This document shows, in pieces, positions 16,806-22,046 of a DNA stretch of 22,046 bases. Under the pieces are notes generated by a model, which was not told the DNA's origin, searched no databases, and saw only the letters and a list, made by a program, of their open reading frames with translations. Position 1 is the first letter of the stretch, and each line of letters starts with the position of its first letter. The position numbers were made by a program, and so were the translations under genes. This DNA comes from a virus (Duplodnaviria; Heunggongvirae; Uroviricota; Caudoviricetes). The stretch lies in the IMG/VR virus record IMGVR_UViG_3300023707_000001. One strand, given 5' to 3'.

Positions 16806-16830
16806 AACGGTATCCTCCTTTGAGTAACTT

Positions 16831-16868
16831 ATAAAAACAATCCGCCCGCCAAAAAAATAGCGGACGGA
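16831..16868 (-). terminator. Intrinsic terminator closing the right gene block
   Basis: Minus strand UCCGUCCGCU/GGCGGGCGGA 10-bp stem (two G.U) followed by UUGUUUUUAU, just after the 16883 stop. Confidence 0.8.
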
Positions 16869-16882
16869 CGTTTCTTTACTTA

Positions 16883-17617
16883 TCAGGCACAAGCAGTCCA
16901 ATCAGACTTGGAACTGCCTTTGGAGCCGAAGAGCAGACCGCCAATGTCGGAGCCCAGACCCTTTACTTCATTCCAGGCATCCTGAACATCCTTGTTGCGG
17001 GAAAGCTCACGGGCGGCGGCACGGCCATTGCGGATAGTCGTTGCAAGCGTTGCGGCGCCAACAGAAACTGCGGCGGTGGCCACAACACGGCCCGTGGTCA
17101 TACCAGCATTTACGACTGCACCAGCCGTCGGTGCAAGTGCGCCATTCAGGGCATAGTCAGCAACATCCGTTGCAAACGTGGTGACGGCTTTTGCTACCGC
17201 CTGCGTACGGTCAGACCAGAGCTTGATGTTCGCTTTGCGCTGGATAAGCTGTAAATCCTCTGCGGAAACACCCGAGAGGATAACCGTCTTACCGCCATCG
17301 CTGGTTTCATAGCTGTCTTCATAGCCGAGGCTGTCGAGCAAATCCAGCAGGTTGTTCGCTTCCTGACGGGATTCAAACTTCTTGCTGAACTTATCCTGCA
17401 GAACCTCTCCCGTTTCATTGTCAATCGTCGTCACATTCTCTTTACTCATCTTTTCTTCCTCCTGTACGTCTTTTGTAATCTCTGCGTCCTCGATTTTTTC
17501 CTGTGGCGGTTCTTCTTTCAGGTCTGGACCAAGCATTGCTTCCAGAGTACCGCCCAGGAAATCGAGAACAGGGTCATTTGCCCCCTGGGCAGTTGTTTTG
17601 TCTTTTTCGGTTGCCAT
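16883..17617 (-). CDS. 244-aa protein, acidic N-terminal half and Ala/Gly/Thr/Val-rich C-terminal helices, ends -ACA
   Basis: RBS GAGGAGGG; strongly biased codon use. Confidence 0.9.
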   Translation of the reverse strand: MATEKDKTTAQGANDPVLDFLGGTLEAMLGPDLKEEPPQEKIEDAEITKDVQEEEKMSKENVTTIDNETGEVLQDKFSKKFESRQEANNLLDLLDSLGYEDSYETSDGGKTVILSGVSAEDLQLIQRKANIKLWSDRTQAVAKAVTTFATDVADYALNGALAPTAGAVVNAGMTTGRVVATAAVSVGAATLATTIRNGRAAARELSRNKDVQDAWNEVKGLGSDIGGLLFGSKGSSKSDWTACA

Positions 17618-17649
17618 ACAAAATCCCTCCTCAAGGGGCTGTTACCTTA

Positions 17650-17943
17650 TCAAGCGGCAATCGGCATAACCGCGTCTTCGATAAGGTGGTAATCATAACT
17701 GACCTCTACCCTGTACAGGGAACGGAGAGCGAAACGGCTCTTTGTGCACGGTGTACGAAGCAGGTGCATAACCTCGGGGTCAATCAGACCATATGCGTCA
17801 ATGCAGGTCTGCGGAATTTTGGCGGAAATATTTACCCAGCCATTCGTAAGGTTCTTACGAAGCGTCCAGGTTACTTTGGAATTGGCGCGGTTGTTGGATT
17901 TCGGGAATACGATATATTTCGGGCATACTTTATTCATAATCAT
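17650..17943 (-). CDS. Hypothetical protein, about 97 aa, ends -PIAA
   Basis: Track 17650..18015; AAGGA/GGAAAG precede ATGs at 17943 and 17937. Confidence 0.7.
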   Translation of the reverse strand: MIMNKVCPKYIVFPKSNNRANSKVTWTLRKNLTNGWVNISAKIPQTCIDAYGLIDPEVMHLLRTPCTKSRFALRSLYRVEVSYDYHLIEDAVMPIAA

Positions 17944-18015
17944 TTTTCTTTCCGTCCTTTCTTGACGACAAAAACTGGACTGCCCGCCTTGAGCAGTCCA
18001 GCCTGTTTCATTCAC

Positions 18016-18960
18016 TTATGCGGCAAAGTCGAAACCTGCGGATTCTTCCTGCGGTTCTGCAACAGCCTCCATGTCGCCGACGAATTCTTCATTGCGGTTC
18101 TTGGCGTCCTCAATGATAATCGTCTGGTTGGCGATGGACAAGAGGTCACGGGCGGTTTCCTGTTCGGAGCCTGCCTTGATTTCCCGCTCTACCACGAGGT
18201 TGCCGTTAGCCTTAACCAGCTTATGCTTGCCATTGAGCTTGAAGCCCGAAGCAAGCGTGATGCGGTAGTTGCGCCCTTTGTGCATGGTGGAAGCCAAACC
18301 TTTCACGAAGGTCAGTTCCATGTTTTCCATGTCGAGCGGAAGGTTGTAGCGGGTTTCCCAGCCAAAGATGGAGCTGTGGCCCATAACGCGTACGGACTTA
18401 AACTTCTGTTTTGCGTCCTGGAGCATTTTGAATACCGTGCCTGCCGTTGCCATGTAGGCCTGACCATATTTCGCGCTGTTGCGTTCATCGTTGATATGTT
18501 CCTTTTCTGCAGGCGTCAGCACGGTGTTGTCACCCTTGTTGATGCGGGAGAGCATACCACTAAGACGGCGGGCCTCAAAGTCGTTGACATAAAGAACCAG
18601 ATGTTCCTTGCCATAGGTTTCGGCCTTGGCAATAGCCTTGCTGGCGCCGATAAGCGTAGCAACGGGAGCCGACAGACGCTCACCAGATTTGGTATTTACT
18701 GCAGGGCAAACCAGCGCGGGTTCTACGATGTTCTCTGCGATATCGCCTGCTACGAAGCCAACATAACCACGGGAGGAAACAACCGACATGATGACGGTGT
18801 TGTTCTTGAGCTCTTCTTCGCGTTTTGCGCGGGCCTTGTCAGTCAGGATATTTACTGCTTCCATCTGCTTGGAAAGACCTGCGAGCATTGCGGCGCGACG
18901 GGATACCGGTGCCTGAGCCTGTTCTTTTACGATTGCGTTTACATTTACATTGGTTGCCAT
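18016..18960 (-). CDS. 314-aa protein, possible catalytically degenerate RNase H-like fold, ends -DFAA
   Basis: Start reassigned to ATG 18960 (RBS AAGGAG). CDS itself is well supported; the fold call rests on ATLIGASKAIAKAETYGKEHLVLYVND and KFKSVRVMGHS only. Confidence 0.85.
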   Translation of the reverse strand: MATNVNVNAIVKEQAQAPVSRRAAMLAGLSKQMEAVNILTDKARAKREEELKNNTVIMSVVSSRGYVGFVAGDIAENIVEPALVCPAVNTKSGERLSAPVATLIGASKAIAKAETYGKEHLVLYVNDFEARRLSGMLSRINKGDNTVLTPAEKEHINDERNSAKYGQAYMATAGTVFKMLQDAKQKFKSVRVMGHSSIFGWETRYNLPLDMENMELTFVKGLASTMHKGRNYRITLASGFKLNGKHKLVKANGNLVVEREIKAGSEQETARDLLSIANQTIIIEDAKNRNEEFVGDMEAVAEPQEESAGFDFAA

Positions 18961-19124
18961 AATTATCATTCTCCTTTTCTTGCCCCGCTCATTTATTAGC
19001 ATTTCGCTTTGGCGGGATACATGTTAACATTTCTGGACGCGCTGTCCTTCTGGGTAGGGTATACGATGAAAGGATAATCCAGCTGTAGCTGTAGGACGGG
19101 ACAGGTTGACAGGCATGAATTATT

Positions 19125-19153
19125 AGTATATAGCCTGTATGTCCGAGGTCCAA
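19125..19153 (-). promoter_or_regulatory. sigmaA-like promoter upstream of the 18960 gene
   Basis: TTGGAC (19153-19148), 17-nt spacer, TATACT (19130-19125); A/T tract at UP-element distance (19163-19177). Confidence 0.55.
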
Positions 19154-19162
19154 ATCCCTCAT

Positions 19163-19193
19163 AAAAAACAAGACAATCGTCTGCGGAGCAGAC
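19163..19193 (+). promoter_or_regulatory. Hairpin element A: AAAAAACAAGACAATC-GTCTGC-GGA-GCAGAC
   Basis: One of three intergenic copies with conserved flank and covarying 6-bp stem; function inferred. Confidence 0.7.
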
Positions 19194-19321
19194 AAGCTCT
19201 TGATGAGAGGGTAGCCGTGGCTGTAAGATTTAAGCCTTTCGTTGTATGCTGAAAAGTGATAGGGGGCACTCTTTAGCACACAACGAAGAGCTTAATGCTC
19301 CTCGTTTGCCAAGGTGGGGAT

Positions 19322-19585
19322 TTATGCGGCGACTTTAGCCTCCTCGCTAAGAGCCACGAGGTCGTTGAAAGTCGTGTTATCGGTAAAGAAGATGGTTTCA
19401 CCATAGTCGGTTTTCAGGCGGGCGGCGATAACCAGCTCGCCATCACGGGTATCCTTGCGGATGGTATCCAGCTTGTCATGGCTGACACTGTGGAAGCTGT
19501 CGCACAAAGTAGTCAGTCTGTGCGCATTGATGTGACGGTGATACGTACCAGGAAATAACGTTTCGATATCACTGCAAAATAACAT
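19322..19585 (-). CDS. Hypothetical protein, 87 aa, ends -KVAA
   Basis: RBS AAGGAG with 9-nt spacer. Confidence 0.85.
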   Translation of the reverse strand: MLFCSDIETLFPGTYHRHINAHRLTTLCDSFHSVSHDKLDTIRKDTRDGELVIAARLKTDYGETIFFTDNTTFNDLVALSEEAKVAA

Positions 19586-19611
19586 GATGATTAACTCCTT
19601 TACTGTTCAAT

Positions 19612-19683
19612 CAATAAAAAATAGGCTTCCCAGCGAGAAAGTGAAAAGCATGGGGGATGTTTTCAGGGGATTACCGGGAAGCC
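19612..19683 (-). terminator. Long stem-loop plus U-tract in the leader of the 19585 gene (attenuator or small-RNA terminator candidate)
   Basis: GGCUUCCC/GGGAAGCC outer stem, inner UGAAAACAU/AUGCUUUUCA hairpin, then UAUUUUUUAUU. Confidence 0.5.
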
Positions 19684-19684
19684 C

Positions 19685-19717
19685 AAAATAAACAAGACAA
19701 TATCGCCCGAAGGGCGA
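19685..19717 (+). promoter_or_regulatory. Hairpin element B: AAAATAAACAAGACAATA-TCGCCC-GAA-GGGCGA
   Basis: Same flank and register as A and C. Confidence 0.75.
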
Positions 19718-19791
19718 AGAGGGTGTATCGACGGAGACGGCACTATCCAGACAAGAGGATATTATCCTGCGGCGTCTCTATCGAGAATTTA

Positions 19792-19959
19792 TCACGCGGC
19801 GATTTTGTAGCCGGCGTATTCTTTTTCTTCCGCAAGCCGTTCGTAATCACGGCGGGTCATTTTCCGCTTTGCGCGGTCACGGATACGACGCTCCTGCCCC
19901 TCGCTGTGCATACGATTGTGTTTGCGGATTTTTTCAATATTTGCATTGGTATTCAACAT
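19792..19959 (-). CDS. Small very basic protein, 55 aa, ends -KIAA
   Basis: Track 19792..20031; AAGGCAGG precedes the ATG at 19959 (MLNTNANIEK). Confidence 0.75.
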   Translation of the reverse strand: MLNTNANIEKIRKHNRMHSEGQERRIRDRAKRKMTRRDYERLAEEKEYAGYKIAA

Positions 19960-19981
19960 GATTAACAACCTGCCTTTCTTA

Positions 19982-20155
19982 TCAGCGCATATTCTTAGCC
20001 ACGGCATAGAATACGACTGCACCGGTTGCAATCACGTCTACTGCCTGGCCCATTACGTTTCTGGCTTCCTGGCTTATCTTCTGCCTTCGCGCCAGAATAC
20101 TTTTATCGTCTGCCGCAATACCATTTCCAAAATACCAGTTCAACAGTTTCTTCAT
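19982..20155 (-). CDS. Small protein, 57 aa (MKKLLNWYFGNG...VVFYAVAKNMR), hydrophobic C-terminal helix
   Basis: Not in ORF track; RBS AAGGGAG; hand-translated. Confidence 0.7.
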   Translation of the reverse strand: MKKLLNWYFGNGIAADDKSILARRQKISQEARNVMGQAVDVIATGAVVFYAVAKNMR

Positions 20156-20214
20156 ATTCCCAATCTCCCTTTATCATTTATCTTGTTATTCCGTAAGGCG
20201 ACAGACTGCTCGGG

Positions 20215-20631
20215 TCAGGCCGCCTTGTTATTCATTTCATCGATGTCTTCTTTGGAAACGAAACTTCCAAAGGGCTTTTTCTCGCTTGTCTCCTGTGCCT
20301 TCGGCTTCTCCTTGTACTTGGCACATACCGACTTGAGCTCGCCTTCCAGGATGTTGAGCGTGCTCTTGCCCAGCTCGAACAGTGCTTTTGCCGTTGCACC
20401 CAGACTCTTGACGAGGTGGCTGTTGCGGATTGCGATATCCATGATGTCGCAAGTGGAGAACTCATTGAAGGCCAGCGTAACCGTAGCTTCGCCGCGCATA
20501 TGGTTTACGGAGAAGCGGACAGGGCCTGTTACCTCGTAGTGGTCATCGCGGCCGAAGGCCTGGTTGTAGGCCTTGTGCAGTTTCTCTATGGTTGCCATTT
20601 CGTTTTTCGTGAAGTTCATTTTAATTTCCAT
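20215..20631 (-). CDS. Hypothetical protein, 138 aa, ends -NKAA
   Basis: Start reassigned to ATG 20631 (RBS AAGGAG). Confidence 0.85.
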   Translation of the reverse strand: MEIKMNFTKNEMATIEKLHKAYNQAFGRDDHYEVTGPVRFSVNHMRGEATVTLAFNEFSTCDIMDIAIRNSHLVKSLGATAKALFELGKSTLNILEGELKSVCAKYKEKPKAQETSEKKPFGSFVSKEDIDEMNNKAA

Positions 20632-20678
20632 GGTTTTCAATCTCCTTTTTTCAACAAACAACAAACAAAACAAAAAAA

Positions 20679-20822
20679 TTAAGCCGCTTTGCGGGCGGCT
20701 TCTTCCTGGGTATTCGGTTTTGCCTTGCGGGCTACAAGCTCCAAGGCTTTCTTGATTGCTTCGGCCCGTTCAAACCGGGTACGAGTGTCGCCCCATTCAA
20801 TCGAGATGTACGTCTTTTTCAT
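20679..20822 (-). CDS. Small basic protein, 47 aa (MKKTYISIEWGD...EEAARKAA)
   Basis: Not in ORF track; RBS AAGGAG with 8-nt spacer; hand-translated. Confidence 0.75.
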   Translation of the reverse strand: MKKTYISIEWGDTRTRFERAEAIKKALELVARKAKPNTQEEAARKAA

Positions 20823-20861
20823 AATAAACGCTCCTTTCACAATGCGTCCTTAAACCATCTC

Positions 20862-20894
20862 AAAATAAACAAGACAATATCGCGCGAAGCGCGA
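20862..20894 (+). promoter_or_regulatory. Hairpin element C: AAAATAAACAAGACAATA-TCGCGC-GAA-GCGCGA
   Basis: Same flank and register as A and B; contains GCGAAGC. Confidence 0.75.
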
Positions 20895-20901
20895 AATGGC
20901 A

Positions 20902-21054
20902 TTACCTTCTATAGCCGTAGGGTTTCTTCTTGGGCTCACTGCTCGTGAACAGGCCCTTAATGCAATCTATCACAAGGGAAATGATTCCCCATGCGATGAG
21001 CGCGGCAACAGAACAAAAGGCGGCAAAGAACATGCCAACAATGATAATTTCCAT
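20902..21054 (-). CDS. Small membrane protein, 50 aa (MEIIIVGMFFAAFCSVAALIAWGIISLVIDC...KKKPYGYRR)
   Basis: Not in ORF track; GGAGG with 7-nt spacer; long hydrophobic helix plus basic tail. Confidence 0.8.
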   Translation of the reverse strand: MEIIIVGMFFAAFCSVAALIAWGIISLVIDCIKGLFTSSEPKKKPYGYRR

Positions 21055-21068
21055 TTGATAACCTCCTC

Positions 21069-21461
21069 TTATGAAGCACGGCGTGCAGTGGGCCGGCGAA
21101 GGGATTCGAAGATGGCATGAACAGTCATGCGGGCGGCCATGCGCGCGTCATCACACGGTACAGCCTTACCGCCGGCAAATACAGTAAGCGGACTCCCCTG
21201 CGGTTTATCTTCCGCATCGAAGTCCGTTACCATGCGGCCGTTTTTCATCAGCCAGCAGTATGCAGTTTCTCCCGTAAGCACATCTTTATACTTAACGGAA
21301 CAGCCATGTTGGGATACCACCTTCCAGCGGTCAAAGGAACCGGGCAGGTATTTATGGATAACCATTTCAAACGCCAGCGTTGCAAACTTAACGGGCGTTA
21401 CTTCCCAGTTTGGGACTACCACAACGTTGTCACGGATGATTTTGAGTGCATACTTTTTCAT
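21069..21461 (-). CDS. Hypothetical protein, 130 aa
   Basis: RBS AAGGAAG; ORF track. Confidence 0.8.
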   Translation of the reverse strand: MKKYALKIIRDNVVVVPNWEVTPVKFATLAFEMVIHKYLPGSFDRWKVVSQHGCSVKYKDVLTGETAYCWLMKNGRMVTDFDAEDKPQGSPLTVFAGGKAVPCDDARMAARMTVHAIFESLRRPTARRAS

Positions 21462-21480
21462 AGCAAATCTTCCTTTCTGA

Positions 21481-21912
21481 TTACGCTACACTCGTTTCCT
21501 CTGGATAAATAGGCTCTCCGCTCCATGTTTTCCAGAGGTACGGATATTCCTTGCGGATTTTGGACATAGGCAGACTGATATGCCGGAAGTCCTTTTGGCG
21601 GACTCCCTTATAGGCAGACCATACCGTGTGGTTGATACCAAAGTATTCCAGTAGCCGGCTCATCCTTTCTGTCATGTAAAATGACATGTCCGTAGCGACG
21701 TATTCACGGAGCCAGCCACTAAATTCCCTTGCGTCGAAACTTATGGCAAAGTGACCCACTTCAGTTTCTGCAATACTGTTTCCTGCAAACGTAGGCGCGC
21801 TACATTCATCCATCACTATATTGCATACTTCCAAAGCAAGTTCGGTGGAGCAGAGTCCTGTCATCGAGCCACGCTCTTCATTGAGTTTGTTTCTTAATTC
21901 ATCTTTTGTCAT
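21481..21912 (-). CDS. Hypothetical protein, 143 aa, ends -TSVA
   Basis: Start reassigned to ATG 21912 (RBS AAGGAG). Confidence 0.8.
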   Translation of the reverse strand: MTKDELRNKLNEERGSMTGLCSTELALEVCNIVMDECSAPTFAGNSIAETEVGHFAISFDAREFSGWLREYVATDMSFYMTERMSRLLEYFGINHTVWSAYKGVRQKDFRHISLPMSKIRKEYPYLWKTWSGEPIYPEETSVA

Positions 21913-22045
21913 TGTGCATACTCCTTTGCTCTTCACACTGGGCAAGCGCCATTTCAATCAGTTCGTTTTGGGACATACTCTCCTGATAGGGGAACACACC
22001 ATACCAGCTGGCGGCGTAATTCATACAGTTCAGCTCTTCTTTTCG
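21899..22045 (-). CDS. 3' end of a gene entering from the right edge (...YAASWYGVFPYQES...MHNDKR)
   Basis: Only this minus frame stays open from the edge and overlaps the next start. Confidence 0.6.
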   Translation of the reverse strand, partial: RKEELNCMNYAASWYGVFPYQESMSQNELIEMALAQCEEQRSMHNDKR

Positions 22046-22046
22046 C

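Noticed and set aside
17503-18999. 498-aa plus-strand ORF, the longest in the track
   Set aside because: Mirror of the codon-biased minus-strand genes 17650..18960; no RBS and low-information translation.
19685-20880. TTGTCT in the conserved flank as a sigmaA -35 box
   Set aside because: No -10-like hexamer 16-18 nt downstream in copies B or C.

Overview
A gene-dense segment of a mobile element from a Bacillota host. It is probably a large phage or a phage-like/conjugative element, possibly of a gut Negativicute (weak inference from one LysM-like family). No capsid, terminase, integrase, relaxase, tRNA or CRISPR is visible, so the element class cannot be fixed. All credible genes (about 42, several missing from the supplied ORF track) are on the minus strand, in two blocks separated by a roughly 2 kb repeat- and hairpin-rich, largely non-coding region (14513-16660). 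The left block (1-14512) is AT-richer and sits behind a near-consensus sigmaA promoter. It holds small phage-type genes: a MYG1-family nuclease, two RNA polymerase alpha-CTD-like proteins, a frameshifted 8-repeat HTH protein, a LysM-like secreted protein, RHH and Zn-finger proteins, and local paralog pairs. The right block (16668-22046) is GC-richer with strong RBSs and looks like a first-expressed or establishment cluster. Three patterns stand out. (i) 11 proteins end in -AA, a ClpXP/ssrA-like degron, including 6 of the 12 genes at 16883-22046. (ii) Three intergenic plus(template)-strand C-GNA-G triloop hairpins share a fixed-register flank, as in N4-type hairpin promoters. (iii) A set of minus-strand-only ssDNA hairpins built on tandem sheared G.A pairs lies in the non-coding region, an origin or ssDNA-signal candidate.
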